A stretch of DNA of 64,000 nucleotides, from positions 1,759 through 65,758 of the forward strand of contig JAKQCW010000180.1 of assembly GCA_029558955.1 (NCBI GenBank). The letters are read 5' to 3'. The stretch comes from Chloroflexota bacterium (GTDB taxonomy: Bacteria > Chloroflexota > Anaerolineae > JAAEKA01). This document shows, in pieces, positions 1-9,344 of this stretch. The position numbers and the translations under genes are program-made. Under the pieces are notes generated by a model. That model was not told the origin of the DNA and made no database searches. It saw nothing but the letters and a program-made list of their open reading frames with translations. Within the stretch, counting starts at the first letter, position 1; the number at the start of each line of letters is the position of its first letter.

Positions 1-167
1 CAGCTTGTTCAGACGTTATCTAGACAGCGATCAGGCGTCTGCCTGAATTGGCTCCATCGGAAAAATGGTTTCACTTCATGGCCGGAAATCAAACTTGCCT
101 CCGTTTAACGTGGTGCGACGAAGTTGCCGCGTTCTGCGGTCACAATTTTCATTCCGAGGAGTCACCT

Positions 168-1313
168 ATGCGTTTCAATACATGGCGATGGATTGTGCTG
201 TTGTCAATGGTCATCCTGTTGGGTGCTTTGGCCGCGTGCGGAGGGGCCAGTAAGAACGCCGCCTCACCGACCGCGACCAGCGTTCCGCCAGCGACTGCCA
301 CCGCGGCGCCGCCTACGGCCACCCCGGCGCCGCCTACAGCGACACCGTTGCCGCCGACACCCACGCCTCTCCCGACCGACACGCCGACTGCTGAGGCAAC
401 ATCAGCGGTGGACAGCGACAGCGTGGCAATGACCGTGGCCGACTGGCCGACACCGCCTGACGCCACAGAGGTCGAAATCTCTGATGAAACCCTGAGCTTC
501 AAGACCGCGCTCTTGCTGACGGACGTTGCCGAGTTTTATCGCCCGGTGTACGAATCGAAGGGCCTGGATGCCAGTTGCCTGGAAGACGTTGGCGACTACA
601 CCTCCATCTCGTGCAGCTACAGCAACGGCGATATGACGATCAGTTTCTTCGCCTTCGAGGGTTTTGCCGACACCGAAGTGGAGATCGAGGTCATCAACTA
701 TGGCATGGAGTCCTCGGTCGACTCCGATGAACTGGGCGTGACGGAAGAAGAGGGCCTGCCCCTGCCCAATGACCACACCGGCTATAGCTTCGAGGGGGGC
801 GAGTTCCGCCGCATGATCGCTGTCTACTCCCCGTCAGATGTCGAGACCCTGACGGCCTTCTTCCAGACTGAGCTGGCCAGCCGCGGCTGGACGCTGGACG
901 ACTCGGAAGCGACCGAGACCGAGACGACCCTGCGGTTCAGCGGCAGCGACGGCGAGCTGGTGGTCACTCTGACACCCGGCGACGAGACCGAGGCCCTGCT
1001 GGTCCTGCGGAATCAGGCTGCCGCAGAAGAGGCCGGTATGTTGCCGCCGGCCGGCCAGGCGCGGCTCTATCTGGTCAACTTCACCGAGGGGGAGTTGACA
1101 GTGACCATCGATGGTCAGACGATCGATGTGCCTCCCAGCGCAGGGATGGAATCGACCAGCGACGCGCCGATGCTCGACCTGCCGCCGGGGACGTATGACG
1201 TCACGACCACGGTGGACGGCGCCAGCGTCACCGACGAGATCGTCGTCGGCGCCGACGAATCCTGGGGCCTGCTGCTGGACGAGTATGGCGCGCTGCCGAT
1301 GCAGCTATACTAA
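168..1313 (+). CDS. Hypothetical lipoprotein with Pro/Thr/Ala linker and acidic extracellular domains
   Basis: ATG 168 follows GAGGAG. Hydrophobic signal ending LAAC (lipobox), then an APPTATP linker. ORF track starts earlier at 48. Confidence 0.8.
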   Translation: MRFNTWRWIVLLSMVILLGALAACGGASKNAASPTATSVPPATATAAPPTATPAPPTATPLPPTPTPLPTDTPTAEATSAVDSDSVAMTVADWPTPPDATEVEISDETLSFKTALLLTDVAEFYRPVYESKGLDASCLEDVGDYTSISCSYSNGDMTISFFAFEGFADTEVEIEVINYGMESSVDSDELGVTEEEGLPLPNDHTGYSFEGGEFRRMIAVYSPSDVETLTAFFQTELASRGWTLDDSEATETETTLRFSGSDGELVVTLTPGDETEALLVLRNQAAAEEAGMLPPAGQARLYLVNFTEGELTVTIDGQTIDVPPSAGMESTSDAPMLDLPPGTYDVTTTVDGASVTDEIVVGADESWGLLLDEYGALPMQLY

Positions 1314-1347
1314 AGGCGCAGCGCGTCGCTCCTGAGCCGACACGCGT

Positions 1348-1391
1348 GATGCGCCAGGCTGACATGACAGTCAGCCTGGCGCATCGCTTTT
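1348..1391. terminator. Hairpin terminator between convergent genes
   Basis: 16-bp perfect inverted repeat GATGCGCCAGGCTGAC/GTCAGCCTGGCGCATC, 6-nt loop, followed by GCTTTT. Confidence 0.75.
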
Positions 1392-1407
1392 GGCGCGGAC
1401 GAGCGGG

Positions 1408-2322
1408 TCACTGTCCGCTCGTTTCCACCGGCTCCTCCCACACCCGGTAGAACATCAGCCACTGCTCCGGACGCGCCGCGATCAGCTCCTCCCCCACGGC
1501 CAGCACCCGACGCGCGTTGTGGAGGATGTTCTCCTGCCGGCTGCCGACATGTTCCATCTCCAGCCAGCGCGAGAGATGCACGGTGTAGCTGCGGTCGGTA
1601 GGCCGGTACTCGCAGTGGGCCACCAACACCGGCGAATCGGTCTGCAAGGCCAGCCGCACGTGGCCCACCGGCAGGCGCGCCGGCCGGCCGAAGAAGGGCA
1701 ACATCTCGCCGGCGCCAAAAGGATCAGGCCGGTCGATGCCGGTGACCACCAACTGGCCGGCGCGCAGCGCCTCCAGCGACTTGCGCAGCGCGCCGACGTC
1801 GATGGGCATCAGGTTGATCCCCCCCTTGAGGCGGATCTTGTTCTGCAAATCGTAGCCGCTGGTGGGGTTGGCATAGGCCAGGACGTTGAGGTACAGCCCG
1901 CGGTAGGCGAAGGCCAGCCCGGCCAGATCAAAATTGCTCATGTGGACGGTGACCACCACCGCGCCCTGCTTCTCCCGCGCCAACCGGTCCAGGTAATAGT
2001 CGGTCAGCGGCGTGCTGCCCACCGCGGCCAGAAAGGCCTCTGGTCCCGCGCCCAGCGCGTGGTAGAGGTCGAAATAGGACATGCCGGCGTGGCGCAGCGC
2101 GGCCCGCGCCGTTGCATAGACCTGCTCGTCCGAGGCGTCGGGGCCCAGCGCCATGCGCATGTTGACCTGCAAGATGCGCATCAGCTCCGAATCGCGCCGG
2201 CGCGCCAGGCCGCGCGTGAACCCGTCGGCCAGGCGAAAACCCAGCCCGGCCGGCATCGTGCGACCCAGCCAATGGCCGAAACGCAAGGCGCCGGCGCTGT
2301 TGAAGACTTTGCGCAGATCCAT
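1408..2322 (-). CDS. Lysophospholipid acyltransferase family protein (LpxL/PatA-like)
   Basis: HMSNFD (Hx4D) catalytic motif, FFGRPA..P.G block, C-terminal PEQWLMFYRVW. Confidence 0.85.
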   Translation of the reverse strand: MDLRKVFNSAGALRFGHWLGRTMPAGLGFRLADGFTRGLARRRDSELMRILQVNMRMALGPDASDEQVYATARAALRHAGMSYFDLYHALGAGPEAFLAAVGSTPLTDYYLDRLAREKQGAVVVTVHMSNFDLAGLAFAYRGLYLNVLAYANPTSGYDLQNKIRLKGGINLMPIDVGALRKSLEALRAGQLVVTGIDRPDPFGAGEMLPFFGRPARLPVGHVRLALQTDSPVLVAHCEYRPTDRSYTVHLSRWLEMEHVGSRQENILHNARRVLAVGEELIAARPEQWLMFYRVWEEPVETSGQ

Positions 2323-2338
2323 ACCGACGAATTCCCCG

Positions 2339-2572
2339 TCAGGCCACCCGGCTCAACCAGTTTGCTGGAAGCTCATCGCAACGTGTTTCGATCCAGGCCT
2401 GACCAAGCCGACGCGGCCGGCGGGGCCGTTTCCCGGCCAGCGCCTCGCCATCGCCCATGCCGCAGGGAAGCTTCAGGCTCGGCCCAACTGGCGTGGATGG
2501 CGCCGGACTGTGCGGCCTGGCGTCGATCTGCTGTGGTCGGATGATGGCGTGGAACATCGAATTGACGGGCAT
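2339..2572 (-). CDS. Possible 77-aa small protein (or long 5' leader of the acyltransferase gene)
   Basis: ATG preceded by GGAGA and by a TTGACG-17-TATACT promoter. No recognisable family. Confidence 0.35.
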   Translation of the reverse strand: MPVNSMFHAIIRPQQIDARPHSPAPSTPVGPSLKLPCGMGDGEALAGKRPRRPRRLGQAWIETRCDELPANWLSRVA

Positions 2573-2590
2573 GTCTCGTCTCCTGGCGCG

Positions 2591-2619
2591 AGTATAGCAT
2601 CAGGGTAGGCTGGCGTCAA
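2591..2619 (-). promoter_or_regulatory. Sigma70-type promoter overlapping the 3' end of the flippase fusion gene
   Basis: Minus strand TTGACG (2619-2614), 17 bp, TATACT (2596-2591), with extended -10 TG. Confidence 0.65.
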
Positions 2620-5600
2620 CCTTCGACGATCTACGCCCGATGAAGGGAACCACCTGCAACACCCGGCGAATGTCCGGATGGCTGAAGGTTTTCAACAGCA
2701 GGAGGATGGCCAGATAGACCAGCGAGCTGACGCCGGCCGCGATCCAGGGCTGGCCGCGCAGCAGCAGGACCGCCAGCGCCATGCCGGCCGCGGCCACCCC
2801 CTGCCGCCACACCAGGTCGACCCACGGCAACGGCGCCACGTGGCGGCGCACCGCGTAGTAGAAGGGGAAGAGGAGGCTCCATTCGCTGAGAATCGTCGCC
2901 ACGGCTGCGCCGGCAAAGCCATAGCGCGGGATCAGGATCAGGTTGGCGGTCACGTTGAAGGCGACGCCGATCAGAAAGGCGCGCGTCAGAAAACGCTGTT
3001 GCCCCACCGCAATCAGCACATACTGGGTCACGCTGTTGACGAAGCCGATCGGAATCGACCAGATCAGCAGCGTCAGCGCCACGGCCGAATCGGGCAGGAA
3101 GGCCGCGCCGCCCAGGATGCGAATCAACGGCGTGGCCAGCGTCGTCACCAGAATGGCGATGGGCAACGCCACCAGCACCAGCAGCCGGATGGCCAACTGA
3201 TAGGCGCGCACCAGCGACTCGTGGCTGTCCTTGGCGTAGCGGCTCATCAGCGGGAAGATGGCCAGGGTGAAATAGCTGGGGATGACGTTGAAGCCGTCCA
3301 GATATTTGACGCCAGCCGAGTAGATGCCCACCGAGGCGGTGCCGGCCAGCGGCTTGAGCAGCCAGAGGTCGATGCGCCAGAAAATGCTGGCCAGCAGGTG
3401 GTTCAGCATCAGCGGATAGCTGGCGACCAGCATGGCCTTCTGCAAGACCCAATCCAGCCGGCCCAGATGGAAGGGGATCTGGCGGCGCAACACCACCCAC
3501 AGCCAGACCGACTGAACGATGTTCATCAGCAGGCTGACGCCGGCCAGACCGACGAAGCCGAGGCTGAAGGGGGGAAGCAGCACCAGCGCGCCCAGCGCGA
3601 CCTTGGCCGTGGCAATGGCGGTGGCGATGCCGGCCGGGTACTCCATCTTCTCAAAGGCCATGAAGACCGAGCTGAAGCTGTCGGCCACGCTGGCGAAAAG
3701 CAGCGCCAGGGCGAAGATCGCCAGCGCCTGCGCCTCCTGCATGGAAAGGTTGCCGCTGGCCGCGTAGATGCCCGCCACCAACAGCAACACCGGCAGCGAC
3801 AGCAGCCACAGCATCACCCGCAACGACAGGACGTTGGCCAGATAGCGCCCCGCGTCCTCCTTGTTCTGCGCCACATCCCGGGTTAGCAGCGTGCCCAGGC
3901 CGAAGCGCACCACCACCTCGAAGAAGCCATAGACCGCGATGACAAAGGCGTAGCTGCCCTCCCCCACCGGCGCCAGAATGCGCAGCCGCAGCATGGCAAA
4001 GGCAAAGTCGATGCCGCGGTTGAGCAGGGAAAGGATCATCTGCACGCCGGTGTTCTTGGCCACGCGGCGCACCTCGGCGTTCTCGTCCTCCACCTCGCGG
4101 TAGTAGCGCCCCCACGCCCACCAGCCCAGCAGCAACATCAGCGTGACCACCGCCAGGAAGGTGACGTAGATGCCCAACTGCACCGGGCGCGGGGAGTAGA
4201 CAAAGCGCACCGTCCACTGCCCGTCGGCCGGGATGTAGACCGCGCGGAAATTGCCGTCAGCGCGGAAGACGGGCAGCTCGGTCTCGATGGCGTTGCCCGC
4301 GGCATCCACCCCTTCCCCCTCGACGCCGAAGGGCCGCAGATAGGCCTTCCAGCCGGGGAACCAGGCGTCGGTCAGCACCAGCCAGCCGCGGTCGCTCAGG
4401 TTCAGATCTACGAAGACCTCGCGCGTGCCATAGCTGCTGATGGTCGCGGTGCGCAGCTCAGGCGACGATGGCGGCGGCAGCTCGGCGGCCGGCAATTGGC
4501 CGCTGTAGTCGACCGGCAGGCGTTGGAAGCCGCTGGCCGCGGCCCGCTGCGCTAATTCGGCCTCGCCGCCATACTCAGCCCGTTGGCCGGTCTGCTGCGT
4601 CTCCTCCTCCAGCACCACCACCTGGCGCAGGTCCACGGTACGGGTGCGGCTAATGACCTCGCCGGCCGGGACCAGCGCTGCCTCCTGGGCGATGAAGACG
4701 CGCGGGAAGGCATCGGCGTTGCGGTAGATGCGCAGCCCGCCGGCGTCCTCATGGGCCAGCTCCCAGCCGGGCGCGTCCAGCGGCAGCTCGCTGGCCACAT
4801 AGCGCACCCCCAGCAGGTCGGTCAGCGGATCATCCAGGCTGGCCCGATCGTAGAAGGGGGAGATGCGGTTGTAGAGCAGTTGGCCCTGTGGCTCGATGGC
4901 CTGCATGTAGTCAACATACTGCTTGGGGATGATGGAGTCGTAGCCGCGCACATCTTGCAGGCCGACCAGCCAGGGGGTGTTGGCGTTGAAGGTCTTGGTC
5001 GTCTCCGCGCCCTCGAAGGTGGTCATGCGCCAAGGCTGGCCAGCCTGGCGTGCCTGCTCAGCCTCCTGGTGCAAAAAGGCCACGCTGGGCGGCGTCACAT
5101 CCAGCAGATCGGGATCGACGGCCGGGTTGAAGCGCCCCAACACCAGGTAGAGGTCCAACAGCAGGAGCAGCATGGCCGCGGCCGCGAAGGCCCACCGACC
5201 GATGGCCGCTGAACGGCGCAGGACGACCACCAGCCAAAGGCCGGCCAGCAGGGTGAAGAGGCCCAGGTGAACCACGTTCTGCCATTGATAGCCCCAGAAA
5301 TCGGCGCCGCCGGCAAAGACCCCGCGCGCCAGGTCGGACGAATCGACCACCCGCTGGCCCAGGGCGTGGAAGGGGTCGGGCGCGACCAGGCTGAGCAGCG
5401 CGCCGGCCAGCAGCGCAAGACCGGCGAGCAGCAGGCCATAGGCGGCAAGACGCGCCGCGCGCCGCGGGAAATCTGACGACCGTTCACGGTTCACGGCCGT
5501 CAGCAACCACTGCAGCCCAAAGCCGGCCAGCGCGGCCATAGCCACCGTGTAGGGGAAGACCCAGCGAAAGGCCGAGTGCAACTGCTTGTAGCCGGGCGCG

Positions 5601-6883
5601 CCGTAGAAGAGCAGCGCATACAAAGGGGTGCCGAAGGCGAAGAGCAGGCTGATCAACGCCAGGCCGGCCAGCAGCCACACCAAACGCCCATCGATCCTCT
5701 CCGCTCCCTCGCTCCCCTGCCCTCCCTGGCCCCGTCGCCCACGCACCGTCCCCAGCAACGCCGTCAAGGCCAGGGCCAGCGTGATGATTCCCAGGTAGTT
5801 GCCCCCCTCCACGTAGTTCTTGACCCCCCAGAAGATGTCGCGCACCGGCTGGCCGGCCGCGTTGGGTCCAGCCTCCCGCCAGGCGCGCAGCGCCGGGTCC
5901 CACCAACCGTGGTGGCTGGGGTTGCCAAAGAAATCGGGCAAGAGGAAGGTGAGGATCTGGCGCGTCGGCCAGGCCCAGCCCACCACCTCGGCAAAGCTGG
6001 CCGAGCCCTGGCGGAAGCTGGTGTTGACCAGCTCGAAGAGCGGAATCAACTGCACGCCGCCCAGCGCCAGGCCCAAGCCGACCATGGCCAGCAGCCAGCC
6101 AGCCAGGCGCAGCGACCGGCCGGGACTGCCCAGCCGCCGCCAGGTCATCAACAGCCGCGCCAAGGTGTAGAAACCGGCCACCAACAGGGTGATGACGGTG
6201 ATCTCAGGATGGCCGGCCAGCGCCTGCACCCCCAGCGCCAGCGCGCCGACCACCACGTAGGGAATGGGCGAATAGGCCGCGTCCCCCTTTTCCTCCTGCT
6301 TGCGAAAGATGGTCTCGATGCAGGCCAGCACCACCGGCAGCCAGGCCACGGCCGCGATGATCATGGTGAAGACCACGCTGACCATCACGAAACCGCTGAA
6401 GGCAAAGGTCAGGCCGGCGAACAGGCTGGCGCCTCGCCCCAGGCGCAGCGCGCGGGCGAAGAGGTACATCCCCCAGCCGATGACGCTGACCTGCAGCCAG
6501 GTGAAGACGCCGTAGGCCAACGACAAGGGGAGCAGGTAGAAGACCAGCGACAGCGGGTAAAGCGCCGAATGCTGGCCGGCCGCCAGAAAGGGCACGCCGG
6601 TGAAGATGTTGGGGTTCCACAGGGGCAACTCGCCCTGCGCCAGGGTCTCGCGCAGGAAGGTCTTCCAGACCAGGTTCTCCAGCACCAGATCGCTGAGCAG
6701 CTCGTTGTGGGGCACGGCGGCGCCCAGCTCCGCGGCCAAGGGGGCCCAGGGCTGGAACTGATAGAGGTTATCGGCCGGCAGCAGGGTCTTGCCCCCCAAC
6801 ACCACCGGCGCAAACCAAAGCAGCGGCGCCAGCAACAGGACCAGCGCCGCCAGGATGTTGGGATGGTTGGTGATTCGTCTCAT
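2600..6883 (-). CDS. YfhO-like GT-C membrane glycosyltransferase fused to a Wzx/oligosaccharide flippase
   Basis: N-terminal PLWNPNIFTGVPFLA, GHPE and DVRGYDSI, C-terminal RAVYIP are YfhO-like. Last ~490 aa are polytopic and start RRVAKNTGVQM, typical of Polysacc_synt/Wzx. Confidence 0.8.
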   Translation of the reverse strand: MRRITNHPNILAALVLLLAPLLWFAPVVLGGKTLLPADNLYQFQPWAPLAAELGAAVPHNELLSDLVLENLVWKTFLRETLAQGELPLWNPNIFTGVPFLAAGQHSALYPLSLVFYLLPLSLAYGVFTWLQVSVIGWGMYLFARALRLGRGASLFAGLTFAFSGFVMVSVVFTMIIAAVAWLPVVLACIETIFRKQEEKGDAAYSPIPYVVVGALALGVQALAGHPEITVITLLVAGFYTLARLLMTWRRLGSPGRSLRLAGWLLAMVGLGLALGGVQLIPLFELVNTSFRQGSASFAEVVGWAWPTRQILTFLLPDFFGNPSHHGWWDPALRAWREAGPNAAGQPVRDIFWGVKNYVEGGNYLGIITLALALTALLGTVRGRRGQGGQGSEGAERIDGRLVWLLAGLALISLLFAFGTPLYALLFYGAPGYKQLHSAFRWVFPYTVAMAALAGFGLQWLLTAVNRERSSDFPRRAARLAAYGLLLAGLALLAGALLSLVAPDPFHALGQRVVDSSDLARGVFAGGADFWGYQWQNVVHLGLFTLLAGLWLVVVLRRSAAIGRWAFAAAAMLLLLLDLYLVLGRFNPAVDPDLLDVTPPSVAFLHQEAEQARQAGQPWRMTTFEGAETTKTFNANTPWLVGLQDVRGYDSIIPKQYVDYMQAIEPQGQLLYNRISPFYDRASLDDPLTDLLGVRYVASELPLDAPGWELAHEDAGGLRIYRNADAFPRVFIAQEAALVPAGEVISRTRTVDLRQVVVLEEETQQTGQRAEYGGEAELAQRAAASGFQRLPVDYSGQLPAAELPPPSSPELRTATISSYGTREVFVDLNLSDRGWLVLTDAWFPGWKAYLRPFGVEGEGVDAAGNAIETELPVFRADGNFRAVYIPADGQWTVRFVYSPRPVQLGIYVTFLAVVTLMLLLGWWAWGRYYREVEDENAEVRRVAKNTGVQMILSLLNRGIDFAFAMLRLRILAPVGEGSYAFVIAVYGFFEVVVRFGLGTLLTRDVAQNKEDAGRYLANVLSLRVMLWLLSLPVLLLVAGIYAASGNLSMQEAQALAIFALALLFASVADSFSSVFMAFEKMEYPAGIATAIATAKVALGALVLLPPFSLGFVGLAGVSLLMNIVQSVWLWVVLRRQIPFHLGRLDWVLQKAMLVASYPLMLNHLLASIFWRIDLWLLKPLAGTASVGIYSAGVKYLDGFNVIPSYFTLAIFPLMSRYAKDSHESLVRAYQLAIRLLVLVALPIAILVTTLATPLIRILGGAAFLPDSAVALTLLIWSIPIGFVNSVTQYVLIAVGQQRFLTRAFLIGVAFNVTANLILIPRYGFAGAAVATILSEWSLLFPFYYAVRRHVAPLPWVDLVWRQGVAAAGMALAVLLLRGQPWIAAGVSSLVYLAILLLLKTFSHPDIRRVLQVVPFIGRRSSKVDASLP

Positions 6884-6920
6884 AGGCTGGGATCGATGAG
6901 CCGGCAGCGGGGCGCGGCGC

Positions 6921-7751
6921 TCAGGCCGGCCGGTCGTCCGACGCCAGGGCAGGTGTGCGCATGCGGCCCTGACGGGCCAGGTGGCGATGACGCCAGCGCA
7001 AGGCCGCGGTGCGCCAGGTGGCCTCGACCTTGACCCCCCAGCTCATCTTGGAGCTGCCCACCCGCCGGTCCTCGAAGAAGATGGGGATCTCGACGATGCG
7101 ATAGCCCAGGCGCTCGGCCATGAAGCTCATTTCGACCTGGAAAACGTAGCCGTTGGAGCGCACCCGCTGCAGGCCGATCCCCTCCAGCGTGGCGCGCCGC
7201 CAGCAGCGAAAACCTGCCGTGGCGTCATGGATGCGCGTGCCCAGAAAGAGCTGAGCCCACACCTTGTTGGCCCACCAACTGAGAAAGCGGCGGGACCAGT
7301 TCCAGTCGCTGTCCAGCCCTCCGCCTTCCACGTAGCGGGAGCCGATCACCAGGTCAGCCTGTTGGGCGGCGGCCAGCAGGCGCGGCACATCTTCGGGGTT
7401 GTGGGAGAAATCGGCGTCCATCTGGACCACGAACTGTGCGCCCAGGCGCAGCGCCCAGTCAAAGCCTTCCACGTAGGCCCGGCCCAGGCCGCGCTCGCCG
7501 GTGCGGTGCAGCACATAAACCTCTCCTGGGTGCAGATTGGCCAGGCGGTCGGCCACCTGACCGGTGCCGTCGGGGGATGCATCGTCCACCACCACCACTA
7601 CCAGTTGGGGGATGGCCAGCGCCAGCAGCGCGGCCACCATGGCGGGCAGATTGTCGGCCTCGTTGTAGGTGGGGAGGACGACGCAAACGAGGGGATCGGC
7701 AACCCGTTCGCCGCCGAAGCCGCCGGGTTGCCTGTCAATGGCTGTGGTCAT
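6921..7751 (-). CDS. Polyprenol monophosphomannose synthase (GT2, DPM1/Ppm1-like)
   Basis: VVLPTYNEA, VDDASPDGT, GLGRAY, QMDADFSH, IGSRYV, SNGYVFQVEM, FEDRRVGSSKM. Confidence 0.9.
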   Translation of the reverse strand: MTTAIDRQPGGFGGERVADPLVCVVLPTYNEADNLPAMVAALLALAIPQLVVVVVDDASPDGTGQVADRLANLHPGEVYVLHRTGERGLGRAYVEGFDWALRLGAQFVVQMDADFSHNPEDVPRLLAAAQQADLVIGSRYVEGGGLDSDWNWSRRFLSWWANKVWAQLFLGTRIHDATAGFRCWRRATLEGIGLQRVRSNGYVFQVEMSFMAERLGYRIVEIPIFFEDRRVGSSKMSWGVKVEATWRTAALRWRHRHLARQGRMRTPALASDDRPA

Positions 7752-7810
7752 GGAGGAGGATTATACACCGATGCAGAAAAGTGGCCAATGGTGCAAGGGC
7801 CGCGCCGCGC

Positions 7811-7871
7811 AGGACTGACAGTGCTGATCGCCCGCAAACCAAAAGTGCAGTCAGCTAGCACTGTCAGTCCT
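7811..7871. repeat. Palindromic element of the AGGACTGAC family
   Basis: 15-bp inverted repeat AGGACTGACAGTGCT/AGCACTGTCAGTCCT. Same termini recur at 43320-43365 and as a half at ~58567. Confidence 0.7.
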
Positions 7872-8028
7872 CCGCCCGCGTCGCGCCGCTGTTGCCAAAG
7901 CAATCGATTGGCTGTATAATGCAGCGGCCGTCAGCGCCAGAGATGCGGGTGAGTCCTTCAGGGGGCGCAGCCTGCACCACGCCGGATCGTCCGGCAACCG
8001 CCGCACCCATCGCAACAACCGCCGCACC

Positions 8029-8745
8029 ATGTCGACCCACATTCTTTTCGTTGGCCGTCAGCCTGACATCTACGCGCCGCTTTGGCGTCAGTTGCTGCTG
8101 GGCGACACGCTGGTGTCCTTTGCCGCCAGCCAGACGCGCGCGCTGCGCGAGCTGGACAACATCGCGGCCGACGTCATCGTGTTGGATGCCGCTTCGCTGC
8201 GCCTGTCGCCTGAGCCGCTGGCCCGCACGCTGCGCCAGCGAGCGCCCGCGGCGCGTCTGGTGTTGATTGCAGACAGCGACGTCTCCATCGGCTACAGCTA
8301 CGACTACCTGCTCTCCAGCCCTGTGGCCTGGCATCGGGTGCTCAAGGTCATCGAAGAGGCGCTGGCCTGCGAACGCCGCCAGGTGTTGGTGCAGGGGCCT
8401 TTCGTGCTCGATCTGGTGGAGCGCACCATCATCGGCCCGGCCGGCGAGGCGCGTCTGACCAGCAAGCTGTTTGGCCTGCTGGCGCTGCTGATGCGCAACG
8501 CCGGCTGCTACATCAGCCGCAACCAAATCATGCAAGAGATCTGGCACACCTCCTACCTGGACGACACGCGCACGCTGGATGTACACATGAGCTGGCTGCG
8601 CCGCCTGGTGGAGCCAGATCCTAAGAAGCCGATCTTTCTGCGCACCAAGCGGGGTGTGGGCTACATCTTTACTCCTGGCGGCGCGGCCGACAGCCTGCCG
8701 ACGCCGCTCAACGGGGAAGCCGTTTCCACCAGCAACAACGTCTAG
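8029..8745 (+). CDS. OmpR/PhoB-family response regulator with atypical receiver
   Basis: C-terminal winged helix (EIWHTSYLDDTRTLDVHMSWLRRLVEPDP..LRTKRGVGY). VIVLD retained. TATAAT at ~7915. Confidence 0.85.
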   Translation: MSTHILFVGRQPDIYAPLWRQLLLGDTLVSFAASQTRALRELDNIAADVIVLDAASLRLSPEPLARTLRQRAPAARLVLIADSDVSIGYSYDYLLSSPVAWHRVLKVIEEALACERRQVLVQGPFVLDLVERTIIGPAGEARLTSKLFGLLALLMRNAGCYISRNQIMQEIWHTSYLDDTRTLDVHMSWLRRLVEPDPKKPIFLRTKRGVGYIFTPGGAADSLPTPLNGEAVSTSNNV

Positions 8746-8824
8746 CGCCCGACGGCGCCGGCCTGGCAATGGCAGCTCCCCAACGGGCAGGTCGCGCCGC
8801 CGTTGCCCCGGCTCAGACCAACAT

Positions 8825-8851
8825 AAAAGGGAACTGGAGCCCAGTTCCCTT
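8825..8851 (-). terminator. Intrinsic terminator of rpsT
   Basis: Stem GGGAACTGG/CCAGTTCCC followed on the minus strand by TTTT. Confidence 0.75.
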
Positions 8852-8884
8852 CGATGGTTGCGGTTGCGACGAACGGCGTTCAGG

Positions 8885-9163
8885 TTAAGCTGCGGCCGCC
8901 TGTTTCGCCTGGTTCAGTTGGCGCATCAAGCGCGACTTGCGGCGGGCAGCGGCGTTCTTGTGAATCACGCCCTTGGCCGCGGCCTTGTCCAGCGCCGACA
9001 CCGCGCTGTGCACCGATGTCTCGGCCACAGCCATGTCCTTGCCGGCGATGCCGATGCGGGCCCGCTTGACCGCGGTGCGGGTGCTGCCGCGCACGACGCG
9101 GTTGCGCTGACGGCGCTTTTCCGAGCTGCGAATACGTTTCAAAGCAGATTTGTGGTTAGCCAC
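8885..9163 (-). CDS. rpsT: 30S ribosomal protein S20
   Basis: MANHKSALKRIR...KGVIHKNAAARRKSRL. GTG start with GGAGG RBS. Confidence 0.98.
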   Translation of the reverse strand: MANHKSALKRIRSSEKRRQRNRVVRGSTRTAVKRARIGIAGKDMAVAETSVHSAVSALDKAAAKGVIHKNAAARRKSRLMRQLNQAKQAAAA

Positions 9164-9313
9164 GAACGTCCTCCATGGGAGTCAACTATCCAGATAGTTT
9201 TGCGACAAGCTCCGGCTTTGTCTTTGCTCTGTCGGCCGCACGAACGTGAGAGGACGAACGGGATGCGCAACGGGCCAGGTCTTGCATGCCCATGTGCCAG
9301 CCAACAGCGGGGG

Positions 9314-9342
9314 ATTATACATGATCTGCGCTGCGCTGTCCA
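9314..9342 (-). promoter_or_regulatory. Sigma70-type promoter for rpsT
   Basis: TGGACA-17-TATAAT on the minus strand. Confidence 0.65.
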
Positions 9343-9344
9343 AT

